From the NCBI GenBank assembly GCA_965218395.1, contig OZ244620.1:1226818-1290817 (forward strand): a stretch of 64,000 nt of DNA, written 5' to 3'. Position 1 is the first letter of the stretch. Every line of letters starts with the position of its first letter. This DNA is from an uncultured Candidatus Binatia bacterium. GTDB taxonomy: Bacteria; Desulfobacterota; Binatia; Bin18. Below the pieces are notes generated by a model. The model was given only the letters and a program-made list of their open reading frames with translations. It did no database searches and was not told the DNA's origin. The position numbers and the translations under genes are program-made. Below, in pieces: positions 41,471 through 51,019 of this stretch.

Positions 41471-42463
41471 ATGGTGTCTCTTGACGTTCCACCGGCTTCC
41501 GCCGACATAACTGAGCACGCCGACTGGCTGGAATTGCTAGCGATAGTCTCTTTAAGCTCCACTAGTTCAAGGCACGATCTGATGGCATCAATTCGCCGAA
41601 CGGGATCGATTGATGCCTTGGAAGAATTCGATGACGGACCGCTCGACGAGACAGTTGAACGTGAGAGTGAGGAACTGGAGCGAATCGCCGACGCAGCCTT
41701 CGAGGAATTGGCACTACGCAAGGGATACCTTGGAGCGCACTACCCCTTCACGGTAGACGGCACCCTCCGTGCCGAGGCTGGTGCCCAGAGTTCAATGTAT
41801 GCCTTCCTGACGGCGCTGACGTTCTTCGGCCCAACACTCAGAACCGTGTCAGAAAACGGTAGTTCACTATTCGAACGCATCAGTGCAGCTGCTCTTGTAG
41901 AGTATCTGGGCGGACCTGAGACGGTGCGCTCATACGATTTTGGGTTCCCTCGCCGCAACACCCCTAAGGCTTTCCGCGATGCCATTAATGATCTATGTGC
42001 AAAACTAGGAGAAGGGTTGAGGTGCAAGGTAAGCAGGCCACTTATAGCAAATGTCAAGGATGCCAAGCTCGACCTTGTAGCGTGGGTGCCGTTCAGCGAC
42101 ATGCGCAGAAATCAACTGAGTGTATTCGGTCAGTGTGCTGCGGGGGCAAACTGGCAGAGCAAACTCAACGAGCTACAGCCAGTTGATTTCTGTAATATCT
42201 GGCTGAGAGAGCCCCCCGCGATGCCTCCCCTTCTTGCATTCTTCGTACCTAGGAAAGTTATGGATGATGTCTGGTTTCAGGTCTGTGTTGGAGAGAGACG
42301 TATCTTTTTCGATCGTTTGAGGATTGCTCGTTTGCTTGGTAGCCTAGATAGTGGCCTTGCCAAACGCTGTGAGGCGTGGACCGCCGTAATACTTGACCAG
42401 ACCGGCTTAGTCGACACTGTGCCCGTTTCAACTGCTGAGCCTGTCCGTCAGCCAAAGGGTTGA
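41471..42463 (+). CDS. Putative PD-(D/E)xK (Mrr-like) endonuclease-fold protein
   Basis: FERIS...KDAKLDLVAW...FGQCAAG.NW resembles an E..D..Q-x-K-type active site; N-terminal ADWLEL..YPF. Confidence 0.55.
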   Translation: MVSLDVPPASADITEHADWLELLAIVSLSSTSSRHDLMASIRRTGSIDALEEFDDGPLDETVERESEELERIADAAFEELALRKGYLGAHYPFTVDGTLRAEAGAQSSMYAFLTALTFFGPTLRTVSENGSSLFERISAAALVEYLGGPETVRSYDFGFPRRNTPKAFRDAINDLCAKLGEGLRCKVSRPLIANVKDAKLDLVAWVPFSDMRRNQLSVFGQCAAGANWQSKLNELQPVDFCNIWLREPPAMPPLLAFFVPRKVMDDVWFQVCVGERRIFFDRLRIARLLGSLDSGLAKRCEAWTAVILDQTGLVDTVPVSTAEPVRQPKG

Positions 42464-42467
42464 GGGT

Positions 42468-43322
42468 ATGAGTACTGCGAGCCCGCTTCGTTACCCTGGT
42501 GGAAAGGCCTCAATGACAAGTATCTTGTGTAAAGTCAGAAGTCTGAACGACCTCAATGGCCATGCAGTCGCTGAACCATTTGCAGGAGGCGCTGGCGCGT
42601 CTCTTACGCTTCTAAACATGCGTGAGACGCATGAAATACACATTAATGACCTCGACCCCGCTATTCACGATTTCTGGTTCTCGGCAGTCTACGACAGCAC
42701 AGCACTGCTGAATTACCTTGAAGAATCTCCAGTTTCCGTTGAAGAATGGAAGCACTGGCGGGCTGTCTACTGTAACCCAGACGCCTCACGCTTGGAACGA
42801 GGGTTCGCGGCCTTCTACCTAAATCGTTGCAACCGTTCAGGCATCATTGGGAATGGAGGAATTATCGGCGGTATTAAGCAGAGCGGGCGCTGGAAGATTG
42901 ATGCTCGATTCAATAAGGACACTTTGCGCGAGCGTCTGGAACGAATCGCAAGTGACCGTGAACGTATTCATGTCTCCAACCTTGATGGGATTGACTTCAT
43001 CGAATCCCTTGACCCAAATTCCACTATGCATTTCATAGACCCGCCCTACTTCAAAAAGGGGCCAGCTCTGTACTTGAGTGGACTCGACTACGAATACCAC
43101 CGACATCTTGCCAACAAGCTAAAGCAAATATCAAACGCAGCATGGATTCTGACGTATGACGATTGCGCTGAAATCCGCGAGCTTTACAGCGGATGGGCAA
43201 GGATCCATCCCTTTTCATTGCGCTACTCTGCACGAGAGAAATATCAAGGCAAGGAAATCTTGATAGCACCTAAGTGGCTTCAATTACCAGTCTCCCAAGG
43301 GTCGCCCGTAGTCACTTGGTGA
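42468..43322 (+). CDS. DNA adenine methyltransferase, Dam/D12 class
   Basis: SPLRYPGGK, EPFAGGAG, INDLD, FYLNRCNRSG, FIDPPY. Confidence 0.93.
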   Translation: MSTASPLRYPGGKASMTSILCKVRSLNDLNGHAVAEPFAGGAGASLTLLNMRETHEIHINDLDPAIHDFWFSAVYDSTALLNYLEESPVSVEEWKHWRAVYCNPDASRLERGFAAFYLNRCNRSGIIGNGGIIGGIKQSGRWKIDARFNKDTLRERLERIASDRERIHVSNLDGIDFIESLDPNSTMHFIDPPYFKKGPALYLSGLDYEYHRHLANKLKQISNAAWILTYDDCAEIRELYSGWARIHPFSLRYSAREKYQGKEILIAPKWLQLPVSQGSPVVTW

Positions 43323-43618
43323 GCATTGCTAAGGCAGAGCGCTTAGGCATTCGGAGCATCCAAGGAGAACTGCTCGCCGCGACGCGACGAGTAGGCGATT
43401 TATCCCCCTTAAAGGGTGCCTATATCCCTCCCTTGAACGACGCGTACTCCGGTGAGCTTAGTAAGGTTGTAGGAGCATTCCAATGACATCTCTGCTCCTC
43501 TCTCTGGGTACTCTACCTCATCCAGGGAGCTTACCCCACCTCAAACCTCTCGGGTTTTTCTACCCCCTCTGGTATCCCATTATTGCTGACAATCTACTCC
43601 TAATACGACGACTTTTGG

Positions 43619-44089
43619 TATCGTGCCGGGAGTTGGGACCGTGCTCGGCGGGTGGTGGCCAAGGTGGAGTGGCGTCAGGGAGAGTTGTTCCCTCGGGTGG
43701 GCTTCATCGTCACGAACATGACGGCTGGCCCCGAAGGAGTGGTGCGATTCTACAATGGACGCGGGACAGCCGAGCAGTGGATCAAGGAGGGGAAGTACGC
43801 GCTGAACTGGACTCGGCTGTCGTGCCATCGGTTCGTGGCCAACCGGGTGCGTCGGTCTCTGTTCATTCTGGCGTACAACCTTGGGAACTTCCTTCGCCGG
43901 TTATGTCTGCCCAAGGCGGTCAAGCACTGGTCGCTGCGGAGCGTGCAGGTCAAGCGGATCAAGATGGGAGTCCGTCTGGTGCGGCACGCGCGGCGATTGA
44001 TCTTTCAGTTGTCCGAGGTGTCGGTTCCTCAACGGTTGTTCCAGGGAGTGCTGGATCGTATCGGCCGGTTATCGCCGGCGCCAAGCTGA
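43619..44089 (+). mobile_element. IS1380-family transposase, C-terminal fragment
   Basis: RRVVAKVEW..GELFPRVGFIVTN, FYNGRGTAEQWIKEGK, LAYNLGNFLRRL; 5' part missing. Confidence 0.85.
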
Positions 44090-44185
44090 AGATGGGAAAG
44101 CCAAACCCGCCGGTTCAACAAGTTGACAATACTGCCCCCCGATCAGTTGACAATACGTCACGAGGGACTGCCGGCTCTCTGATAC

Positions 44186-44593
44186 TTATGAGACAGTGCT
44201 CTCCTTGAGCATATACTCCTCGTGAAAAGGATTATCGATGAGGATGCGCCACGTCCCATCGGGCTGACGGCGGGCTACATTCGCATCCCGGCCGGACAGA
44301 GTCTGCTCCTGACCATCAGGTCCTGTGACCTGCATGGTCCACTGGCAGCAGTACAACGCGATATCACCAGCTTCCACCACATGCTTCATCTCAATCTTGA
44401 GTTGGGGCCTCAGCCTCGTAAAAGCGCGGAGCTTCTCGCGCAAAGACTCGCCGGCTCCACGCACCACGGGTTGTCCCGGCTGGGAGACAAAGACTTGGTC
44501 AGGCTCGTAGAGGGCCAGCATAGCCTCAACATCACCCTCATTCATGGCTTTCACAAATAGATGATCGACTTCTTCGGGCGTGCGTGCCTGCAT
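44186..44593 (-). CDS. SnoaL-like/DUF4440 (YybH) protein
   Basis: AMNEGDVEAMLALYEPD, VARRQPDGTWRILIDNP. Confidence 0.88.
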   Translation of the reverse strand: MQARTPEEVDHLFVKAMNEGDVEAMLALYEPDQVFVSQPGQPVVRGAGESLREKLRAFTRLRPQLKIEMKHVVEAGDIALYCCQWTMQVTGPDGQEQTLSGRDANVARRQPDGTWRILIDNPFHEEYMLKESTVS

Positions 44594-44730
44594 AGCATCT
44601 CCTTTGCGGTAAATGGTATTCGTTCAAAACTGAAACTCCGCTAATCCGAACTGTAGAGCCGCCATGAACGAATGGCAATCATGACGGCGATTCGAAAGAG
44701 ATTGTTGATAGGACTCTGGACGGCAGAGCC

Positions 44731-45010
44731 ACACGCCGGCTGAACGCATGGTGCGTGACGTGCGAATGTTCACTATTGGGGGCGGGACTGCCCAGATCCT
44801 GCGCACCGTCATCGCTGCGCGGATTTTAGACCGCCGCTTGCCGCAGACCCGCGATGGGTACGCGCGACTGGCTCGTCAAGCCCAAGAACGGTAGTGCTCT
44901 TGACGGGGTTTCCCTGCGCTCAGGGCGAACCGGGAAAGTCGCGGCGAGACAGTCCAAACCCGTTCGTGCTGAGCCTATCGAAGCAGGATGATCGGGACGG
45001 GAGTTTCTCT
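44731..45010 (+). repeat. 280-bp direct repeat copy 2 (acdA 3' fragment lacking a 5' end)
   Basis: Encodes TPAERMVRDVRMFTIGGGTAQILRTVIAARILDRRLPQTRDGYARLARQAQER* without upstream acdA. Confidence 0.92.
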
Positions 45011-45039
45011 ACCTTAACGGACGGAGCAGCGACCGGGAT

Positions 45040-45375
45040 TTATTTAAACTCGACCAGGACCTCCCGATACGGCGTTGTACCGGCGTTGCGTGCCTTATGA
45101 CGTGCCGGGACGCACATCCCTTTTCCTGGCCCGGATACAACCTCGATTTCGCCATTGTCCACTTTCAGCGAAAAGATTGCGCCCGTCGGCACGTCCATTG
45201 TGCCCAAGTCGTTCTCGTTCTCATCGGTAACCTGTAAGGGCGCACCCGATATCGCGTACCACATATAGCTGTGCTCGTGGGTGTGCACGGGCGTTTCCTC
45301 GCCCGGAGCGAGCTCGAAGTTCCAAACGATTACCTTGTCGTTCTCGAAGACCTTTTCCGACCCTACATCTGCCAT
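45040..45375 (-). CDS. Cupin-domain protein
   Basis: VFENDKVIVW, LAPGEETPVHTH, HKARNAG..YREVLVEFK. Confidence 0.85.
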   Translation of the reverse strand: MADVGSEKVFENDKVIVWNFELAPGEETPVHTHEHSYMWYAISGAPLQVTDENENDLGTMDVPTGAIFSLKVDNGEIEVVSGPGKGMCVPARHKARNAGTTPYREVLVEFK

Positions 45376-45532
45376 TGCATGACCTCCCAAATCAAATGAT
45401 TTTCTTACCGGAACACGGAAATTTCCGCACGTCAAGTGAAAGTCAAGGGCGGGTACTGGTACAACTACACCGCGAAGTGTACCAGCCAGCCTATATGGTG
45501 ACTAGGCAGGGGGCGGAGTTGGGGAGAACAAG

Positions 45533-45841
45533 TTAGCTGGTGTTGCCCTTATCAATGGTGGGAGTCTGACCGAGCAGTTCTTTTATCACGAGTGGAGCAG
45601 ATGCCCCGATGTTGATGGCCAAAATCGGATTCATTGTCATTTCTTGATCTTCGTAAGCCACCGCGATGATTCCTCCTGCAACGACCATGACCGCGGTAAC
45701 GATCCAATAAGAGGGTCCCTTCGCATAGTCTGGTATTGCTACATACAAAATTTCTCGCATGCGAAACCATTTGAGGACTTCAGGGAAAATACCGCCGACC
45801 ATTCCCCAAACAATGGTATGGTCTAGAAAGGACAAGTTCAC
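45533..45841 (-). CDS. Small three-helix membrane protein
   Basis: WGMVGGIFPEVLKW, YWIVTAVMVVAGG, LAINIGASAPL; overlaps upstream gene by 4 nt. Confidence 0.7.
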   Translation of the reverse strand: MNLSFLDHTIVWGMVGGIFPEVLKWFRMREILYVAIPDYAKGPSYWIVTAVMVVAGGIIAVAYEDQEMTMNPILAINIGASAPLVIKELLGQTPTIDKGNTS

Positions 45842-46155
45842 AGTGATCTACCCGACTTTCCCGTGATGAAGAATTGTATATCAGACAAAATTTCCCGGAA
45901 TGTGGGCCGCCGTGACTTGCTAGTATACAGAAATCGACCAGGGGTACTCCAGTCAGGAGATTTGCGGACCTCCTCTGCATGTTGCTCAAGTAAATTGAGT
46001 ATGGTTACTCTGTCGATGCCCGTCTCTTGTGCAATCCCTTCGGGTGTCCTAAAATCCCACTGTTCATCTTCTAGGGCTTTGGTGATCTGCTCCCAGATTT
46101 CTTCGTCATCATAAGGAACCCAATCCTCTTTTCGACCCATCGGCATGTCAGTCAC
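45838..46155 (-). CDS. Hypothetical protein, possible winged-HTH
   Basis: KALEDEQWDFRTPEGIAQETGI..TILNLL. Confidence 0.6.
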   Translation of the reverse strand: MTDMPMGRKEDWVPYDDEEIWEQITKALEDEQWDFRTPEGIAQETGIDRVTILNLLEQHAEEVRKSPDWSTPGRFLYTSKSRRPTFREILSDIQFFITGKSGRSL

Positions 46156-46189
46156 CTTCCGTCTGTGCGTCTCCCCATATACTCACGAT

Positions 46190-46591
46190 TCATTTGTTTG
46201 TTAAAGATACCTCTCCTCCTTCAATGACCGTCTTGAGAATTTGAGATACCCCCGCACTCAAAACTCCGATCTGATAGGCTTTCGTGAGAAAATTGTTCGC
46301 GTCCTCAACCATTGCGAGCTTCGTCTGAGCCTTCCAGTCTTGCTCGATGACGACCGCGGTCAGGCTGACTTCTCCGCGTTGGGGAGCATCGTCAGGTGCC
46401 TCTCGTGGGCCAAGGACCCGTACTTGAAACGGATGCCTCTGGCCACGTATTTCTTGCACAAACTGCTCCCCATCCCTCTTGAGCGTCGCCATCTTTTCCT
46501 TCCATTGCTCTACCGGAACGAACACAGTCGGTGCATAGCCGTACTCTGTTTGTCCTGCATCGTTGGTCACTTTGACCCTTAACTCTGCCAT
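46190..46591 (-). CDS. Hypothetical protein
   Basis: 133-aa ORF with RBS AAGGAGG; first gene of a 3-gene unit. Confidence 0.65.
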   Translation of the reverse strand: MAELRVKVTNDAGQTEYGYAPTVFVPVEQWKEKMATLKRDGEQFVQEIRGQRHPFQVRVLGPREAPDDAPQRGEVSLTAVVIEQDWKAQTKLAMVEDANNFLTKAYQIGVLSAGVSQILKTVIEGGEVSLTNK

Positions 46592-46664
46592 CAGTATCCT
46601 CCTTTTACTCCCTTCCCCTTCCCTTTTTTATATTGACCGAAATGAAGTGCATGTCAATCAAGCG

Positions 46665-46768
46665 GGTACTGGCCTAGTTTCACGCCCGACTGCCTAGTTT
46701 GGCGTGATTCTTTCTTGAACTGCCTACTTTGGAGGTGGGTATGGGGAGGGTGCATTTATACCAGTGCC
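46665..46768. repeat. IS6-like end motifs (MITE-like, ~100 bp)
   Basis: GGTACTGGCCTAGTTT, ACTGCCTAGTTT, ACTGCCTACTTT, then inverted ATTTATACCAGTGCC; related GGTACTGGTACAACT at 45452. Confidence 0.5.
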
Positions 46769-46902
46769 CAACAGAGCGATCACTTGACCATACGATGCCG
46801 TCCCATCCGGTTGTTTCTCTCGTCATTTTTTGGAACCATGCTCACCGGAGCAAGTCAATTCGCTCGCTCCGCGACTCTGGATAAATCTTGAGGACCAGAC
46901 CT

Positions 46903-47601
46903 ATGAGCGAAATCACCTTGTATACCGCCCCGACTGCGAACGGCTGGAAAATCTCCATCGCCCTTGAAGAGCTTGGTATTGATTACGACACGGTGTATCT
47001 CCATTTCGACAAAAATGAGCAGAAGACGGCGGAGTTTCTCACACTGAACCCGAATGGGCGCATTCCGGTCATAGTCGACCATGACCATGAGGAATTCGTA
47101 CTCGCAGAGTCGGGAGCGATTTTGCTCTACCTGGCAGAGCGGAGCGGTAAGCTCTGGCCGACGGAGCCCAGGCTGCGTCACCGGGCCATGCAGTGGCTCA
47201 TGTTCCAGATGAGCGCGGTTGGCCCGATGCTCGGGCAGGCGATGTTTTTTCAGCGCATCGCAGCCCCGAAGGGCATTGTCGACGACTATGCGATCGAACG
47301 CTACGTCGAAGAATCGAAACGTCTGCTGGGCGTCTTGAATGAGGCGCTCCGTGACAAGGAGTATCTCTGCGGCGAGTATTCGATGGTCGATATTGCCACA
47401 TTTCCGTGGGCGCGCGCGTATCGTTGGGCTAACGTCGATGTCTCGGACCTCACGCACCTGACCGCCTGGCTCGCGCGCGTCGAAGCCCGCGAGGCCGTAC
47501 AGCGCGGGCTGTGCGTCCCGGCTGGCAAGCCACGCTTCGACTACAGCGACGACGAACTGAAGGCGGCGGCCCAGCGTAATGCCCAACTGTACGACGCCTG
47601 A
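46903..47601 (+). CDS. Glutathione S-transferase, YfcG/YghU-like
   Basis: TANGWK, NPNGRIP, ESGAIL.YL, WLMFQMSAVGPMLGQ. Confidence 0.92.
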   Translation: MSEITLYTAPTANGWKISIALEELGIDYDTVYLHFDKNEQKTAEFLTLNPNGRIPVIVDHDHEEFVLAESGAILLYLAERSGKLWPTEPRLRHRAMQWLMFQMSAVGPMLGQAMFFQRIAAPKGIVDDYAIERYVEESKRLLGVLNEALRDKEYLCGEYSMVDIATFPWARAYRWANVDVSDLTHLTAWLARVEAREAVQRGLCVPAGKPRFDYSDDELKAAAQRNAQLYDA

Positions 47602-47670
47602 GCAAGGTGGTGCAGTCTAAAAAAATTGTTGTACTGGAACCTTCCATGCCGATCGCGCGGGTCCTTGTGG

Positions 47671-48114
47671 CTACGTCGGCTGTGGATACCGACCGGTGAC
47701 ATCTTTATACCCATGCAGGTGCGTTGGCGTGACGTGGACGATCAACTCTCCTGACCCGCTGTTGATTTGCCCATAGGTCTCGGCTAACGCCTGCCCCATA
47801 TAGCGCCCCCCAATCCGTATCGCCCAATAGCGCACTTGGTCTGCATCATCGGACATGACGGCTGTGCCTGCGAGTTCGACATACGCAAACGGTGTGACCT
47901 CATCATCGACACACATGCTGACCCGGGGATCGTGACGTATATTTCGTGCCTTGATCGAGTCACGCCCAGTCATAAAGACAAGGGTCTCGCCCTCAAGATC
48001 ATACCACACTGGCACGACCAGGGGCCGGCCATCTTTTCGCACGGTGGCCAGCTTGCCGGTCCGCACCGGACTGAGTAAGAAACTCCGGCATTCTTCAGGA
48101 GTCATGCGTTCCAT
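47671..48114 (-). CDS. PPOX-class (F420/FMN split-barrel) oxidoreductase
   Basis: GKLATVRKDGRP.VVPVW, KARNIRHDPRV. Confidence 0.88.
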   Translation of the reverse strand: MERMTPEECRSFLLSPVRTGKLATVRKDGRPLVVPVWYDLEGETLVFMTGRDSIKARNIRHDPRVSMCVDDEVTPFAYVELAGTAVMSDDADQVRYWAIRIGGRYMGQALAETYGQINSGSGELIVHVTPTHLHGYKDVTGRYPQPT

Positions 48115-48508
48115 CCCTGCTCCTCCCTCTGAATTAAGGGGCTGGGTTCCTCATGGAGCGCCAGCCGTCTGCGAGTCTCTCACAGCCAAGGTTTCGGGCG
48201 CAAGCCCAGACCGAGAGTGCTGACGAGTCTGCCGACACCAGGTCTTCGTCCCACTTCTTTTCTCTACCATGATGTTTTGGTATGCAGGGTGCGAGGAAAG
48301 GAGGACTTGCTATGGCCTCTATCGAATTCGAGGAAGACAAGCTGGAAGAAAGCACGCAGCTCCAACACGACGGGCCGGTCACAATGACTCTTCACAGGAG
48401 ACCAATAACCTGACAATACTATGAGGGGAGTCGGCCGTCGCACATACGAGACGATGACAACGTAGTCATGCCATTCTTTAGTCAGGGAAATCAGAAAGGA
48501 GTAATACA

Positions 48509-49600
48509 ATGACAACAGCCATATCACACCAGAACGATCAGCCTCTCTTACCGGGTCGTCTCGGTAATCCTGACCAGGTCTTGAAGACCGATCCGCGCAC
48601 CGATCCGCGCCTGGTTGCGGCCTGTGCGCCCTTTAAGCTCGACGTGGCCCTGCCGCCCGTGCCGGTCAACGCGGACTCGCCCTTGCCGGAGCAGCTCGAC
48701 TTCTGTGCGGCAAGCGAGGCGGGCATGGCAACCGTGTTTGCCGCCCTGTGCGCTGACCTGCCGGCGATTCCGAATATTGAGCGGCGGACCGAGGTCATCA
48801 AAGGCAAGGACGGTAACGACCTCAATCTGTACATTCATACGCCCCGGAATGTATCTGGCCCGCTGCCCTGTGTGTATCATATGCACGGCGGCGGCATGGT
48901 TATCCTGACAGCCGATGATCCATCCTATCGACGCTGGCGCGACGAACTCGCGGCCCGCGGCATGATCGCCGTTGGGGTGGAATTCCGTAATGGCGCGGGC
49001 AAGCTTGGCAACCATCCCTTTCCGGCCGGTCTCAACGACTGCACTAGCGGACTGCACTGGACGTTTGACCACAAGGCCAGCCTGGGGGTCTCGAAGATCA
49101 TTGTGTCGGGTGAGTCTGGCGGAGGGAATCTCGCTCTGGCCACGTGTTTGCAGGCCAAGCAGGACGGACGCCTCGAACACATTGCTGGTGTCTACGCCTT
49201 ATGCCCGTACATTTATGGCGAGTGGGCACAGCCGGGCCAGGAGCTGCGCTCTCTCTACGAGAACGACGACTACTTGATCAACTGTCACCAGATGGAGGTG
49301 CTGGCAGGCGTCTATGACCCCGAAGGCAAGAACGCGAAAAATCCGCTGTGCTGGCCGTACTGGGCCACGGGCGAAGACCTGCAGGGGTTGCCCCCGCACG
49401 TCATCTCGGTCAACGAGTTGGACCCCCTGCGGGACGAGGGGCTCACATATTATCAGATGCTCATGGCAGCCGGGGTGCCAGTCTACAGTCGGACCGTCAA
49501 CGGCACCTGCCACGCCGCCGACGTCCTTTTCCCCAAAGCGGTCCCGGACGTATACGCTGCCACCATCCGCGATATCAAGGGGTTTGCAGATTCGCTCTAG
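48509..49600 (+). CDS. Alpha/beta hydrolase, HSL family
   Basis: HGGG, GESGGG, ELDPLRDEG, GTCHAAD. Confidence 0.92.
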   Translation: MTTAISHQNDQPLLPGRLGNPDQVLKTDPRTDPRLVAACAPFKLDVALPPVPVNADSPLPEQLDFCAASEAGMATVFAALCADLPAIPNIERRTEVIKGKDGNDLNLYIHTPRNVSGPLPCVYHMHGGGMVILTADDPSYRRWRDELAARGMIAVGVEFRNGAGKLGNHPFPAGLNDCTSGLHWTFDHKASLGVSKIIVSGESGGGNLALATCLQAKQDGRLEHIAGVYALCPYIYGEWAQPGQELRSLYENDDYLINCHQMEVLAGVYDPEGKNAKNPLCWPYWATGEDLQGLPPHVISVNELDPLRDEGLTYYQMLMAAGVPVYSRTVNGTCHAADVLFPKAVPDVYAATIRDIKGFADSL

Positions 49601-49796
49601 GTCCGGCGTAGGGGGCTCGGTGTTATGGAACAGATGTCGTCGTTTGTTCCTCTGCTGTGGCCCTCTTCGCATAAAGTGAGGCAGGCCGGAGGTCTGTCTT
49701 ACCCTACTGCCAGACCTGTTGTTATTTCTTGCCAGGTTATGCCAGCTCGCCTGAGGGGGTTCGGCTGACGGCGTGAACACCGAGGAGGAAGACCGC

Positions 49797-50573
49797 ATGG
49801 CGGACTATATCGACATCGAGCAGGCCAAAACCCTGGACGGATTACGGATCGTTGCCCCTCCGGGCCGCCCCAACCCGTGGGCCGAGGGGCTCAAGGGTAT
49901 GTGTCACCTCAAGAACCTGCCGTACGTGCTGGTCGGCAAGGCGCCCGGGCACGATGCCGCCTTGCAGGACTGGACCCGTCAGAGCAGCGCGCCCGTAGCC
50001 GTCTGGAATGAGGAACGGCCGCGCACCACCTGGAATGAACAACTCTATTTGGTCGAGCGGCTTGCCCCGCAGCTCTCGCTCGTGCCGGACGATGAGACCG
50101 ACCGTATTCTCATGTTCGGGCTGTGTAACGAGTTGTGTGGTGAGGCTGGCTTGGGCTGGTCCCGCCGTATCATGATCGTCCATGGCACCTTGTCCAACCC
50201 TGAAGTGGGCGAGCAAGGCAAAGCGGTGGCGTCCTACCTGGGCGGCAAGTACGGCTATAGCCCGGCCACTGCCGAAGCCGCCCCCCAGCGTGTCGCCCGG
50301 ATCCTGCGGACCTTGAGTGCGCGCTTAGCCGAGCAGCAGGCCCGAGGCCGCCGGTATCTGATCGGGGACACCCTGTCCGCCTTGGACATTTATTGGTCCA
50401 CATTTGCCGTACTCGTCGCGCCCTTGCCGCTCGATCTGTGTCCGATGGATGCGGCCTTCCGGGCCTCGTTTGTGAACACCGACCCCGTGGTGGCCGAGGC
50501 GCTGTCTCCCCAATTATTGGAGCACCGCGACCGGATCTATCGTGACCATTTACGACTGCCTATGGACTTTTAA
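49797..50573 (+). CDS. Divergent GST-fold protein
   Basis: NPWAEGLK, SAPVA.W, DTLSALDIYW. Confidence 0.65.
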   Translation: MADYIDIEQAKTLDGLRIVAPPGRPNPWAEGLKGMCHLKNLPYVLVGKAPGHDAALQDWTRQSSAPVAVWNEERPRTTWNEQLYLVERLAPQLSLVPDDETDRILMFGLCNELCGEAGLGWSRRIMIVHGTLSNPEVGEQGKAVASYLGGKYGYSPATAEAAPQRVARILRTLSARLAEQQARGRRYLIGDTLSALDIYWSTFAVLVAPLPLDLCPMDAAFRASFVNTDPVVAEALSPQLLEHRDRIYRDHLRLPMDF

Positions 50574-50605
50574 GGTTCTGTCAGGTTATTGAGCGCTGCA
50601 CTGCG

Positions 50606-50800
50606 CTACGGGCCATAATAGACAGGAGGATACGAGGAGACCGGTGCCATCCCGACCGGCACAGGATAATAGATCGGCCGGGACGTAAATCCTTTCATAA
50701 ATCCCTGTAACACAGAGGTGCAGCCACTCAGGGCAAGGGTCAACACGCTGAGCAGACAGAGGACCTTCATGCGGTGGCCCACCTTATACATATTCGCCAT
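50606..50800 (-). CDS. Small putative lipoprotein
   Basis: Hydrophobic stretch with lipobox LSGC; Pro/Tyr-rich tail. Confidence 0.5.
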   Translation of the reverse strand: MANMYKVGHRMKVLCLLSVLTLALSGCTSVLQGFMKGFTSRPIYYPVPVGMAPVSSYPPVYYGP

Positions 50801-51019
50801 ATCCGATGTTATTCAAAAACCGCCACACGGTTCCTCGCATAATACAGCGTAAACGGTTGTCGGAGATCGAGGCCTGTCCGTAAAGTTTCCGTTTTTCTGG
50901 AAAAACAGGCTACTACGTTGAACATGCCGTAAGGACGAGCTTATCCTCTGGAGGCATGGAGCGTATAGACCAGTCGCCGGATCAATCAAACGGTGTGGCT
51001 GTCTTACGGGGGCGACGTT

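Noticed and set aside
44625-44660. Possible ISL3-like end (reverse complement GGCTCTACAG..)
   Set aside because: No partner end or transposase found.
48312-48413. 33-aa ORF with strong RBS (MASIEFEEDKLEES..)
   Set aside because: Too short and no recognisable family; cannot be supported.
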